A stretch of 63,730 nucleotides of DNA, filler included, from Phoronis australis (taxonomy: Eukaryota; Animalia; Phoronida), in NCBI GenBank assembly GCA_002633005.1. It is 6 parts of 6 records of this genome, joined end to end, with 100 filler letters (N's around TTAATTAATTAA, not from the genome) between each part and the next. Parts side by side here need not be neighbours in the genome. Positions count along the whole stretch, not along the records: positions 28,370 to 43,141 come from NMRA01001441.1; positions 43,242 to 62,412 come from NMRA01000980.1; 4 more parts are not named here. One strand, given 5' to 3'. The position numbers and the translations under genes were made by a program. Positions 37,143 through 51,021 of this stretch are shown here, one piece after another. The notes below the pieces were generated by a model. That model ran no database searches. It was not told the origin of the DNA and saw only the letters and a list, made by a program, of their open reading frames with translations. Numbering within the stretch: position 1 is the first letter of the stretch; each line of letters begins with the position of its first letter.

Positions 37143-38563
37143 CTGAGTTTGGTCTCATGGTTTTCCTTACTGTTATCGTATTCCACTTCCATTACCAACT
37201 CCAGTCAAAGGCAATGCACACAAACACCAGTTTAGAATTCACCATTTTGGGTTGGCCAACTCCAGCAAAGCGTCTCGTTTTTAGCCTCATAAATAGGGAA
37301 AAATGCCGCACAATTGGAAATCTTCATGAATAAATTCATTCCTCATATGGCAATAGATCAACTCAAACCACCTTTAAAACGAAAAAACGATTTACACGAA
37401 AGTTTGTTTCTGGCGTTCAAAGGCGAATATGTTGCAGTTTTAAATGTAAATGGAACTGTTTTCAAAACTCCACAACAAGGACTTTAATGATGTCTGAAAT
37501 TGTCAAATAGTACATTTAAAAGTTAGCATCAAAGTAAAACCATTGAGAGTACGACTGATATTGTAAGAAGGGATCGACGGGCGATTGAAGATGGTAACAA
37601 CTGAGAAAGAAAGTATCGGTGAAAGGGGCGCGCATAACTGTTGACTAGGGACGCATGACAAATTTTTACCTGTGTGACGCCGAAATTGGAGCAAAAACTA
37701 ACACTGTAATATCCTCTGTTGCTAGGCTACAATTTCGAAACACGTGTCATCTACAAGTCAATTTTTCTAGGTAACCCTAAGATCAAAACAACAGCCTGGT
37801 GCATAGAAATTTTGTGATGTACACTTGCCTTTTTCTTTATTTCGCTGCGCTATGTCCTCTTCCGGTTCCCGATTTAGTTTATTCATTACGTTTATGATCA
37901 AGCTCAATTCTTCGGGATTGTTGAAAAATATAACTGAAAAAAGATACAAAATAGTAGCTTATCAGGAAATGACCAGTGATGTAACATCGCAGTCGTCTCT
38001 CAATAAACGTGACTTACGTATCGACTGCAGAAGCCACCACATCACAGCAGTAGTCCAGCATCTCACTTTTCACTTAGAGTTTAGATCTTTGTGTCTTTCA
38101 AAGTGCATTTTTGAAATCATGAGCTAGGAATACTATTCACATTTTGAGATATTGTCTATCCTGTGGAAAAGAGAATTCGAGTTCAAAGCCAGACCTCAAG
38201 AGTTGTTGCCGAATGCGCCAGCAATTAAAATCACACGCAATACATGCAAGAGTCATTTTCGAATTCGCGATTTCAGGTTGGTCAACCCCAATAAACTCTT
38301 CTGGGACGTTTTTTTTTATTCGACGGCGTTTTCTGCTTTTTGACACCTAAATATTGAGGGAATGCAGTTTTGAGTATGCATCCCATTTCCACGTTCAAAT
38401 CATGAAAATCACAAAATGTTCTCAAGAAAAAGTTTGCACTTGACATGTTTTGAGGTTGTGCCCGCAAGTATGCCTGGACCCCCTGACGTACTTTGGGCAT
38501 ATTATGTCTGATAAATGATTGGAAATTTTTGCGGTAGACATAAAAATGACAAACGGCGACCAT
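37143..38563 (-). pseudogene. Decayed, internally duplicated coding-like segments with a possible RFX-type winged-helix
   Basis: FCDFHDLNVEMGCILKTAFPQ...RVYWG resembles the RFX DNA-binding domain. FIGVDQPEIANSKMTLACIACDF (~38230-38295) is paralogous to FAGVGQPKMVNSKLVFVCIAFDW (~37200-37270). Multiple stops. Confidence 0.35.
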
Positions 38564-40059
38564 GTTTTCCTTACAGTTGTGTCTGTCGAGTAACCTTTTG
38601 GTTTTCAGTTGTTTTACATAATCCAGACCAACTGGAAAGTAATCGATAACTGTTTATTTTATCTTAAAAATTGAACAAAAGTTGATACAGTTACTGCCCG
38701 CAATCGATATCATTACATGCCAACAGATTAGAAATTATAACAGATGAAATTAGAAGACACAACTCCTGAGTGTTAACAACATAATACGATATAGTTACAA
38801 AAACACAGACAAACACACGTAAAACAAAACCTCAGAAAGGCTATTAAGTAATAAAATTTAAGCGTGCTATTATAAATGAAAGTGGCTACTATATCTCTTA
38901 GAAAAATATGCAGATTTAAGTTAAGTTGATGCGAACCACAAAGTAAAAATGAAGCCCATTGATTATTAAGCAAGGTGTGGTAAATAGAGGTGGCATCAAT
39001 ATTTGAATGAAAGATTTGGAAGAGAATGAGACGATCTTTTTGATTGGCAGGACATTTAAAGAAAAAAATGATTAACACAATTCAAAGAGCCCCATTCACA
39101 AACATTTGATAATTCTCGAGAATTATGCTGAATGTTTTTAAAATTAAGGAGTAAACCTGTTGGTAACTGATTAAAAACTGCTTTTTTGCTTCTGGTAATA
39201 GTTCAATTACAAACCAAGCATAGTTTGAAATACATTTTGTCCTTTGTGTACACCCCCAAAACATTTCCCAGGATACACCTAAGTGATCATTATGAGGTAG
39301 ATGAGACGTTACCTAGCACTCAACACAAATGCGAACAGACTGGTGCAGCCAGTCTGATCAAAGGAGGTCGAATTAAGGTCATCACGGATTGTGAACATGT
39401 CAGGTTTCCTGAAGGTCAATTATGCCACAAAATGATCTTATATTTTACAAACAGAGTATCATAAAAGTTTACATGTTTTAGATTGCTTTGACCTGATGAT
39501 GTGGTAATATCGTTTCTGTTGGTCTATTTACACCAACCTCTGGACTATTCACTACAAACAATCTCCTATAAGAAATTCAAAATGAGAACAACATAATTTA
39601 CAACATTCTAACTGTTTGCCAGAAGTAAGAACACATGGGCAAAGGGAAAACCCAACAACCATCAATTAACCTTTCAAAAGACTTTGACACTATAGACCAT
39701 GGTATCTAGTTGCTTACCAATCATTCATTAGTCACTTATGTCAAGCGTTTATTCTTCAAAAAGTGTTTAACAGTAAGTGACCAAAATCATTGTTAGAAGT
39801 CCGCACAGTGAAATTGTACAGTTACGTCATACATATCACACTCGAATTTCACAACAAATTTTAACTTGCGCAAGTTGAAAGTACGATCACGTGAACGCAT
39901 TTATATACAGAAATAGTTCGTCGACCATATTTGCTGGCAACTCAATTTCTTCAAAGGAAGTTATTCCCTAGTAAACTCGACTTTTTACTTTTCTCTTGTC
40001 ACTCCGTCATTTTCGTTTTTTACCAAACGGTGTGCTTGTGAACTAAACCTTCACTACGT

Positions 40060-40095
40060 TCATTGGTTGGCATTCGGGTCACTGGATGACGTCAG
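40060..40095 (+). promoter_or_regulatory. Candidate CNPPD1 promoter elements (inverted CCAAT box, CRE)
   Basis: cattgg at 40061-40066 and the perfect palindrome TGACGTCA at 40087-40094, ~110-140 bp upstream of the candidate ATG. Confidence 0.4.
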
Positions 40096-40203
40096 TAGGT
40101 AAAAAACTGAGAGTAGAAGATGACAGACGATTCGAATCGTTGTTGTTAGAGAAAAGTGACAAGAGATGAATATAATCGTTAAGACCGTTTGTGGTTTCTA
40201 AAC

Positions 40204-40224
40204 ATGTCAAAGGGATTTGTTTTG
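40204..40224 (+). CDS. CNPPD1: Candidate first coding exon of CNPPD1 (MSKGFVL)
   Basis: aaacATG context and phase-0 donor gttagt match the phase-0 acceptor at 46694; separated from the rest of the gene by a gap. Confidence 0.45.
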
Positions 40225-42631
40225 GTTAGTAGTTGCACACTGAACAAGAATTTGCTACTATCCTTTTGGTTTGTATCCATTTTACCAAGTGGTGAAACCC
40301 CCCGTGGACCTTCAGCTCTGTTTAAGAGCTCAGTATTGGTTACCATCTGCACGTGAATACTTTAGGGTTATTTGGGCACTGAATCTTTCAAATTATTGAT
40401 GGAGTTAGGTTTCATCCATTGAATGGAATGGTCGTTGGTCGTTAATTTGTAAGTGGCGCTAAAGATTTAATTCAAATGGTTTAAAAATTTTGTATTTTCT
40501 CGCCATTAGCGCATAAAAAATAAAAAAGGCACAAGTACATTGTAGCAGTGCACCACCAGGGCACATCTTTTAAAACGCAACACTTCCAAAAACACAAGGT
40601 TCTAGTCAACTTACAGCCAGTCGGGTAAAACATGACTGTTCCTATTTTGATTGCCCTCGGGACTTCTGTTTCATATGTTACCACTTTAATTATACCAAGT
40701 CTGTTGGTTGCAACTTTTTGAAAAAAAACAAACTTTTTATCATCAGGTGTGCCCAAAGGGTATAGGTTCAAACCTGGTCAGGAATATCCATGATCGAAGG
40801 CTTATTAACAACATAAACATTGACCCTGGGTGACTTTCGTGAATACACAGCCGACCTTGGAAATTACCGAGAACATCGTCATCTTCCCATGAGCACATCA
40901 GATGGCTACCACAGAGACAAAGGAGTTAGTGACAATGCTAAATGACATAATTGCAACTTCTTAACAACCTATTCAACATCGCCTGGAAAATATTAGTTTG
41001 AACAGACCTTACTTTCGTCTACTTGCATGGGAAACGCTTGTGAATTGGTTTGTTTACTCTATCAAAAATATTTACGAAACCGTGGGGGTATGTATTCTTA
41101 AGATTTATATCAAATTATCCGGAATTTTCTACTGAATTGTTTGTTATGAGATGTGTTTACTTTCCCAATTTGGAGACAAAACAGTTGGTACGCTCACTTG
41201 TTGATTTTACTTCATCTTTGTTCTATTCGGTATTATTTTTAGTACCATAAGAAATTTATCTTTGAAATAGTTTTTCGACTGAGGTCGAAACTGGTTGGTA
41301 TATATATACCGCGAAGAAATTCAAAATGGTCATTTGTACAAACAATGTCGATTTCTTGTAAAAATGGTAGGTATTTACACTATTCTGACTATCATATACA
41401 CTTTCGGAGAAAAAGTAGTGTATGGGAAATCCTAACAATTAATGAGGTATACTTACATAAAAATATTAATTAGTTTCAAATTGGGATATAATCATGCATG
41501 AACAATTGAGTTAATAAAGCCAACACTGCTTGCCCTATGTCAGGGTCAAAAAGCACTTCAAAATAGGAATATGCACAAAATAAGTATGTGGATGTTTTCA
41601 AAAACTTGCATACTGATCTCTGGATACGGGATATAATCTTTGTACTCGAGATTGAACTCGAAAATGTTTTCGGCATGTTCTATTATTGCAAACTCAAAGT
41701 AAGAGTCTATTATTGTGTGCTCGAGTTCATTATGTTTCATGCAGATAAGTTTTTCATCCAAGTCTGCATTTGATGACCCCTAGATTCGAGTAAAAATTCG
41801 AAATTTTAAGGTCAGACTCGAACTTTCATCCTCAACGATGAGTTCATTAAGTTCAAACTAGAATCAGCTTTCCACATAAGATATCATGTACTCGAGCATA
41901 GAATTGTGGACACTTATCTTGAGCTTTCACAAAAGTAGAATGGAATATGCCAAAAACAATTTCGAGTTTGATCTTGATTAAAATGATTGGACCTTGGACA
42001 TTGACCTCCTGGAATGTTCGTTTAGTGAGATAAGTAAACTAACGAAGACTACATTGCGGAAGGCTGGTCTTTGATCGGACTAATTCATCAGTTGATATTA
42101 GCGCACGTTAGAAAAATTTCATTTCAATAATGCCTTGCCAACGTTTTGTCAATCAACGATTTTTTTGTTATTCGACTTAGTCAACCTTTGTTTCATGAAA
42201 ACTCACAAACAATAGCTTTTAATTGAGTTGGCTTCCAGGAATCAACAGTAAAGAGAAAACGAAACATTCTTGTCTACTACTGTTTTTGGCAACAGCCAGT
42301 TTTTTTGCTACGCTATTGGGCCAACTTCAAAAATGCTATCAGCCAGTTGTTTCGTTTCTCTGCAGATTGTTTCACTTAGCATTCAAATGAGTGCTTCTTC
42401 CAGGGGCATGAAGTTGTATTTAAAAATTTTAAGAAAAATTGCCGTCAAAATAAATATACGTCCTTTAATGTAACTTGTAACTAGAAAAGGCATCTTTATT
42501 CCCTCAACGTTTTTTTTTACCCATTGAGTAGACATTGGATTAGCCTTGAGTGTTGAGTGCAAAGGATACGACATTATTTTTGAGGCTGTCCTGAATAGTG
42601 CACTTTTTTGGTGGTATGATTATTCACAACT

Positions 42632-43141
42632 ATGTCTACTACTGGAGTACCACAGGGTAGCGTACTAGGCCCCTTACTCTTCTTACTGTACATCAATGAT
42701 CTTCCAGACACGATAAGCTCTAAAACATTCTTATATGCTGATGATACTGCAATATTCCACCCATTCTCAAAAGAGCATCCCCATGACTCCTTACAATTGC
42801 AAACTGACCTTAACAAACTCTATGACTGGTCTCTCAAATGGAAGATGAAATTTAAACCTGAAAAAAGTGTTGATCTTATCTTTTCTAAGTCTAATAATAC
42901 TCATTTCCAAACAAATCCAACACTGGAATTATCACTCAATGGGGAAGTTATCCCCAATAAGTTCACGCATAAACATCTTGGCTTGCTACTCGACCATAAG
43001 CTTACATTTACTCCTCATTGTCGCGAACTCGTTCAAAAAGTACAAAAATTAATTAATCCAATTAGAATTATCTCTCGTCATCTCAACTCCATGCATCTTG
43101 AAACTCTGTTCAAGTCTTTTGTACTTCCACATCTAGATTAC
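42632..43141 (+). mobile_element. CR1/L2-group LINE reverse transcriptase fragment (5' truncated, cut by a gap)
   Basis: GVPQGSVLGPLLFLLYINDLP, LYADDT, HKHLG and VLPHLDY motifs in one open frame. Confidence 0.92.
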
Positions 43142-43888
43142 NNNNNNNNNNNNNNNNNNNNNNNNNNNNNNNNNNNNNNNNNNNNTTAATTAATTAANNN
43201 NNNNNNNNNNNNNNNNNNNNNNNNNNNNNNNNNNNNNNNNNACCGCAATGGCTCACCTTTGGCCTATTTAAAGATTGAGGTCATGAATTGGAGCGTGCGC
43301 AGTATAAAAAAGTTGAGTTCACGATTTTGGGAACTGAAATAGGGACTGCTCGAAGAAAAAGTTTCATAACGGGAGTATTTGTTCGAGTTGGAAGGAATTA
43401 AACACATCGACAACTTCCTAAGGTGTTCCTCTATGTGCAAAAGGTATTTGTAACAACGTGACTTTGATGGTTTAGTCGGTGCGAGGCATAATTCGCCGAA
43501 AAGCTTCCGGCGTACAGAGCGCCTATAGCCTCTACATCGCCTCTGCTTCGGGCCAACAGAGGCGATGGTCATTGCCTATCAAGATGATAGATCTTTTGCT
43601 GGCACTTGGATACACTGAAGTCTGTAAAATCACTCAAAACTGTCATTCATAGCACTGTGCAGTCGAAATTTGCTGAGTAAATGTCCTAGGCTACCTTTTC
43701 TCTTCTTAACGATTACATCAATAAATTTTCCTAAGCCTGGAAATAACGAATTTGACGAGGAAAGTCGTTTGAATAGGCAAGTGTTATTTGTCATGTTAAG
43801 GTAATGTTTGTCAAGCGTATCCGCGATCACAGCTATTGGACACTGTTTTCATGAACCACATTCTTCCAGTATTTAGTCTCGCCTGTTT

Positions 43889-45291
43889 CACGGGTGAGAG
43901 ACAACATGACCGCCGGTCCTCAAAACAGGACCTACGGGGATCAAATGGGACCACCGCACCAGAAAATGGAACTGACGCACCTAAAAACGTGACCGCCCCA
44001 CCACAAAACAAGACTGGCGGGGACTCATGACTGCTGGGGATTGAAACCGCAATGACAAACGGGCTAAGGTTTATTACTGGTAGGCCTACACAGGTCGTAC
44101 AATGGAGTTATATACGTATGCATATGCAGGTCTCGTGCCGATTACTCCAACGAAATCTTTGTGCGCTACAGAAAACACTTCGCTTTGTAATATGCGGCGC
44201 TTTTGAGTTTTACTTCACCAGGATCCCGGCTGCGGTATGTGACTTATAAACAGTTGAAAGGTCATCATTTAATAAATCTAACACAAACCAACCACGTTGT
44301 ACACTTTTGAGCTAAATAATTATAATTTTATCCACTGCGTAAGTTTTAGAACAAAATGAAAATCATTTTCTCCAATTTGGCGTTTTAGTCAAGTAGAAAA
44401 AAACTGGCGTTCTGGTTCTCGGGTGAAGCATCATAACTAGCCTTTGTGTGGCAAAGCTGTATACTAAATATACAGCTTGGCGCCGATTTGGGTAAAAAAC
44501 TGAACATGTAAAATCTTCACCTGGCGAATTAATGTCATTAACGACAATCTTCCTTGAGTAAACTAAATTGCTTATCGGCGCTCAAGAAAAATTGTCGTTC
44601 TGTCGTTACTGTGCTGCTAAAATTGAGATGCATTCTTGTGGGTCGGCTTTCATTGGCCGGTTCCTTTTTTCCCTCGATTTTTCTGTCAACTGTTCTTCTC
44701 TTCTACGAGGTTGCGTACATGGCAAAACAAATTATCGAAAATAGTTTTACTTCATTATGAATTTTTAGTATTTTAATACCAGCAAACTGAATTTCAGAAC
44801 AAATCTTGCTGCTGCGAAGCTGTCATCATCTTCCAAAAGATGTCGCAAAATTTTTCTGAGGAAATGGCGCGTGCACATGTCCCAAGCGCGACAGACTTAT
44901 TGTTACAATAGTTCATTGAGATTGTTTTTCACTCAAACGGCTGCAACCTTCAAAGTAAGTGTTGGTTGACTTCTAGATTTAGCATGCGCCTGCGCTGGTC
45001 GCGAGCTCTAGGTGTTGATGACGAGGTGACTAGCAGAACTACCCGGGCTGTGGGAAATTTCAGTGATGTAACGGAGCTCAATAACGACAAGCTTTATTTG
45101 GGCGATAGTCTTCAAACAGCTAGCTGACTGGTTACGTCATAACCCACAGTATCATACAAAAGCCTTGATATGTTCAGTTCCTGACGGTCCTGTTTTGTGG
45201 TGGGGCGGTCAGGTTGTTAGGTGCATCAGTCCTGTTTTGGGCGAGTCAGTCCGATTTAGAGGACCGGCGGTCATGTTGCTTCTCACCCGTA
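43889..45291. mobile_element. Non-autonomous DNA transposon with CAC termini, ~110-140-bp imperfect TIRs and 5-bp TSD TGTTT (Transib-like)
   Basis: cacgggtgagagacaacatgaccgccggtcctc versus gaggaccggcggtcatgttgcttctcacccgta; TGTTT at 43884-43888 and 45292-45296. Confidence 0.7.
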
Positions 45292-46052
45292 TGTTTCGTG
45301 AAGGATTATTCAAAGGGGCTCATTACCTATGAAAATAATGTCTACTCATAAAATGCTGATAGCTAGACTTTTTAGACCATATTACTCGCAAGCAATATTT
45401 TGCAATGATTCACACGTGCGCAGATGTGTAGTTTATATTATAGACATGGAGACTGTATCTATGATTTGTGCATTTTTTATAGTCTGCAGTCTGTGAAAAG
45501 AATATGAGGCTCAGAATTGAGCAAATTTTTTATTGTTCTGTATCCATTCTTTAGTAGCTTAAACCAATTTGAATTATTAGAGGTAATTATTTTTAGTGCT
45601 CTTGGGCAATTTCTTTCAAAATTGCATTGTTTTACCTTGGGGCACAATGTTCAATGCTTGTGTTGTTTGTTTTCAGAGTTTTATTATGACCCTTCATTTA
45701 AAGGTTACAAAATGTCTTTAACTTTGTCATAGAATTTTTTGAAAATAGGCCTCGAGGATTCACCCGTACATTTTTTTAAATAGTCCTCAGTAAATGAATG
45801 GTAATCAAAAATCTTTTCTACGCAATCTTATGTTAAAAATGTATATCCTTCAGGAGATTCCCATTTGAATTTTTCCATTAGACGTGTCTGACTAAGCTGA
45901 TGAATTCAACACTGCCAAACATATGCTGTGGCCTATATTGTATGTGCTTTTACTTCCCCCTCTAGGAGTTTTGGTATATGCTACCGCTCTCACCACTCAC
46001 TAAAATTAAAATGTCAATCACATCAGTTAGTTATCTAAGTCGGTTCTATTTC

Positions 46053-46613
46053 AGTTTTTATGCGCCCACATATTTATATGGGGGCGTATTATGCCGTCAT
46101 CCCAGGCTGTCCGGCATCCGCTGCTGTATCTCCAAAACCCTTTGGTGTGTGTTCATGAAATTTTGCACAGGATGGGACATTGGGACGGCGTGAGCAAACT
46201 TTCGTATCTCCTAAACCCTCTGCAAGATCTTTATAGAATTTGGCGAGTGTATTTATATGAAGTTGACAATAAACAACTGTGATATTTGGATGGATCCGAC
46301 TACCTCTGTGCTCTTTATTGGCAATTGTATTATTTTATGTTGTCTTCTGTATCTTTAAAATTCCTTGGCAGATTTCAGCTATCGATGTGGTTCCTAATGG
46401 CAGTTTATTTTTTTAGTTTGCCTTAATAGTTTTCACTTGAATTTTCATGAAATTCAGTAAATAGCTTTGAGACTACGACTTCCCATTTTCAGATGGGTTC
46501 AATGTATTGTGTGTTGTCTAATGGCCATTTTTATGGTAATAGTAAACACTCCCCTGAAAGCATTCCATTTGCAGTGCTGTTGTGGGCGCATTTCAATGGT
46601 CCGCGTTGCTCTT
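46053..46613 (+). mobile_element. HINE/Helentron-like non-autonomous element
   Basis: 5' tttttATGCGCCCACA with a short inverted repeat, and 3' TGTGGGCGCAT subTIR followed by a small hairpin and ctcttg. Confidence 0.65.
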
Positions 46614-46693
46614 GATGACACTTATTGAAACCATGGACTACCAAAATAGACTATTGTTTGACTTAGCATTAAAAGATCTTTTCTTTATCCCAG

Positions 46694-46790
46694 ATGTCTC
46701 CCCAACAAATCAAGTTGGAAGAACGCTTGCGGAAGACCTTGTATTTCGGTAAACTGCCATCCACAGAGCGATCTTCCTTTCCTTTGACAG
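46694..46790 (+). CDS. CNPPD1: CNPPD1 exon
   Basis: cccag|...|gtacgt; KLEERLRKTLYFG matches the CNPPD1 N-terminal motif (KLSARIRRRLYYG). Confidence 0.85.
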
Positions 46791-47515
46791 GTACGTTTCG
46801 TTACCCATACTCTACAAAGGTTTGTACAGTGGCTGTCTTTTGGATGGCCAGAATTTTATTTTAGATGAGCTCAACGAGACGCCCAGAATTGAAAAGGGCG
46901 GTCAAAATTTTAAAATGTTGCCTGAAATGATGGCCACTTCTTTATATCGGCCGTCTTAAACTTTTTGACCTAGTCGACGTTGACATCATTGTAAAAATTA
47001 CAATCTTTTTTACTAAATATTTTTCGCATACAGTTTCAGACACGTTTGTATAGACTTCCATTCTGAAGTCATTCAATAAACAAATAGTTTACGTTTTGCC
47101 AATGACACTTTCATTTTCCTCTTCACTGTATTATGTTATTACATGGGTGGATAAACCACACCATTGCGCCGCGGCCTCAGCGTAATGTCTCTTTTTCTGT
47201 TGGTATCTAAGGTCTAATCTCATCAACTTAGGACACTATATGGACGACAAGGGAAATTTTATTTGTTTCATTTCATGCACCCCATTTTGGCAATTATTTT
47301 TTCTGAAATTGGTTAGATTCTACAGTATACTGAACTCATATCAAGTTTGACGGTGAACATCAAATTAATCAACATCGCCATGACGGTAGTTAATTTGGCC
47401 AGTCGCAATATTGTTTTATGTGTAAAATGTTTGTTAGATGTCCGAAAATTTGCTTGACTTTGTTTTCTGAGTAATTGAATGATTTGTTACCCTATGTTAT
47501 TGCTTATTCCTTCAG

Positions 47516-47597
47516 ACTTGACCGTCGAGTTATTTCAAGATGCTACTTCACGAGAACTGGGTAGAATTGATTTGCCTTATGCAGCCTCTGTGTCCAG
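47516..47597 (+). CDS. CNPPD1: CNPPD1 exon
   Basis: ttcag|...|gtgaga; phase 1 to 2; reads DLTVELFQDATSRELGRIDLPYAASVSR. Confidence 0.85.
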
Positions 47598-48163
47598 GTG
47601 AGATCTTTCTTTACCTGCATTTAACCTGACATACCTGTAGTTGTTGACTTTTCACTTTTGGAAGTATAATACGAAAGCCTTGCACAATGTAGAAATGAGA
47701 AATTTTAAATTGTCAAATTTTAAAGTATACTAAACCTGGTTTTGGCCTATTAACAGATATTGATAACGACTTTCCTTTCCACTTCTCTGCAGCAAAATAA
47801 TGTGATGTAACCTTCAACAACCCTCAAATGCATGGAGAAAATTTGAAAACTCCTTTCAAAGTCTGCTTAAACGCTTTACGTGAGTTACACAACAAATGTT
47901 AAGGAAAGACCAACAACCATAATATCCTATTTGTGACTCAGGTTATAAACTTTTGGTTGAATTTTGCTTTTAATGCACGCCAGTGATGCGTTAGCATTTG
48001 ACAGAATGTTTATTGGTTGAAATCATCAAAACACTTTGTTTAGTACCCTTTTAACTACAATGATATACTTCATTCGAGCACATTTTTCGCCATTATATTC
48101 GTCATCAAAAACAAGACAAGAGATTCTGAGTATTGTTAGTTGTGGCAATTAAAGTGTTGGTAA

Positions 48164-48688
<525 letters not shown>

Positions 48689-49353
48689 ACGCACTGTTAT
48701 TTGTACCTAGATGTCAGTTCTGTTGACTTATACTGTAGTCCAACAAGTGCATTGCACCCTGCCTGTTCTTGATTTCTTTGCATTGAAAAATGATTTTGTT
48801 TATCAGTGCCGTGAATGCATTCCACTGCCACCAACTATAGAAAAATGTAAAATCTATGACCAAACGTTAAACACTCCAAAGCTGTCTGTGCAAATTCACA
48901 ACTTTTACTTGGATATGTATTTTTAAGTCTGAAAATTCAGTTATGTTTTGTCAGATGTCTTTTTGAGGACACGGTGGCAATAGTATGACAAAACTCTTTC
49001 TCCTGTTCATGGCGCCACATTACCTGATAGTCACCTATCGTCACTCGTTATTCCAGGTAATCTGATGATGAAATCCACGTGTACTCAGCTGTCATGACGA
49101 AGACATATGCATCATTTTAACTTTGTTGGGCATGTACTGTCTGTATGTGGTGACGGGTTGCCTCTTCTATTCCAAGTATGAATTTTTGACAGTAATAGTC
49201 ACTTACAGGGATTCCACATTTTTAGAACCAGTTTTCTCCACTGAATAACAGGAATCAAACTGGTTCTCAAAATCCAAGTCCCTGTACGTGACTATTGCTT
49301 CTTTGACTAAATACCAGCCTCGTCATATTCCATCTTACTCCTGTTGCTTCCAG

Positions 49354-49544
49354 ATGATGGCTTCCAAGTTCCATTACGACGAGGGCGTTGACGAGGAAGT
49401 GTTTAATGACGAGTGGGCGGAGTCAGCAAACATGGACGTGGAAGATATCAATCAGCTGGAGCGGGAGTTTCTTTCTGCTATTGACTGGAACTTGTTTGTT
49501 GACGGCGACGAATTTAACGCAGTGCTACGGAAAATTGAGCAAAG
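49354..49544 (+). CDS. CNPPD1: CNPPD1 exon
   Basis: ttccag|...|gtgacg; reads MMASKFHYDEGVDEEVFNDEWA...LEREFLSAIDW. Confidence 0.95.
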
Positions 49545-49890
49545 GTGACGTGTTTGTTGAAGCACGTTCAAAAATAATTTATTTGATTAGGGAAGGGTAA
49601 TGCAGTCAACCTATTTCGTTCAGATAATTAAATAAGGAAATCACCATATTAAAAGAAATCTAGAGTACAAAATGTTTTAAAGGATGCAGTTTGCTATAAA
49701 GATAAAGTGATCAAAAATCTAATTGATTTTTTTGTCTTCATTATCTCTATCTCCAAAGTGACACTGTACATGGCATTGTTTTCTGTTTGTTCGTTTTGTT
49801 TATCTTGTTCCCAGTCTCCTTGTGTAACACCAGTAATTCACAGTTGGAACTCACAAATGATGTGTTAAAAGAATATCAATTTCTGAACAG

Positions 49891-50008
49891 AATTGCTCTC
49901 AGTCAAGGAATCGACAGAGGCTGGTTTTCGTACGCAGATCTAGACGTGCTCTGCGAAAGGCGACTTTCATCACAAATATTTGCCATTCTGATAGATCGTG
50001 TATGTAAG
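49891..50008 (+). CDS. CNPPD1: CNPPD1 exon
   Basis: aacag|...|gtgagc; IALSQGIDRGWFSYADLDVL matches GxxRGWYTYTDL. Confidence 0.9.
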
Positions 50009-50027
50009 GTGAGCACATTCAAGGTGA

Positions 50028-50108
50028 CTCTGTGTTGTTCTAGTTCCTCTGTGTTGTTCTAGTTCCTCTGTGTTGTTCTAGTTCCTCTGTGTTGTTCTAG
50101 TTCCTCTG
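50028..50108 (+). repeat. 19-bp tandem repeat, 4 copies
   Basis: Unit ctctgtgttgttctagttc. Confidence 0.9.
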
Positions 50109-50654
50109 GGATTTAGTAACACCAACAAGCAGATGCTGATAAATAATTAGCTGTGTGTTTGTCCTGTTGCAGGTGTTTGTAGAAAAATATGTCGAATTTT
50201 CCCATCCGTAGGCCAGCTTTTTGTTTAGAGTACTTATCAGTAAGTAAATGGAAGGATGCTTGTACATTGTGTGCAATATTTTGATACTTATTGACAATCT
50301 TTGTTAAACCTTGATGGTGAAAAATACTTTGTTTTAGTCATTTGGCATATCTATTCTTATGGGAAATACAGTGAAACATTTTTCTTTGAAAACTTTTGAA
50401 GAACTGAACAAAGTAAACTTTAATGACCAGGGCTTGACATAATAAGCTGTAGGTTCTATTTCCCTCCTGAAATTTGGAAATGTGCGCTGAGATTTTGGTC
50501 GACTCTCATTGGTCGCAGTTGTAGGACTTGGGCATTCTCACTCTTGTGAGCCGAGCTGCACCGCCCAAAAATGATCGACAACTTTTCTATAATTTTTTTG
50601 CTTATCAAGGTCGTGCAACCTGGGTTCTATGTGTGTGCTGATTTTCAGAACTTA

Positions 50655-51021
50655 TGAGATGGGATTTTAGTCTTGTCTCAAATGATGAGCTTTTAACTTG
50701 TGAGATTGGATTTTAGCCTTGTCTCAAATGATGAGCTTTTAATTTGTGAGATGGGATTTTAGTCTTGTCTCAAATGATGAGCTTTTAATTTGTGAGATGG
50801 GATTTTAGTCTTGTCTCAAATGATGAGCTTTTAATTTGTGAGATGGGGTTTTAGTCTTGTCTCAAATGATGAGATTTTAATTTGTGAGATGGAATTTTAG
50901 CCTTGTCCCAAATGATGAGCTTTTAATTTGTGAGATGGGATTTTGGCCTTGTCTCAAATGATGAGCTTTTAATTTGTGAGATGAGATTTTAGCCTTGTCT
51001 CAAATGATGATCTTTTAATTT
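50655..51021 (+). repeat. 46-bp minisatellite, about 8 copies
   Basis: Unit tgagatgggattttagtcttgtctcaaatgatgagcttttaatttg. Confidence 0.92.

Noticed and set aside
39540-39760. RT relic (INLSKDFDTIDHG)
   Set aside because: Only one short degenerate motif; too little to delimit as a feature.
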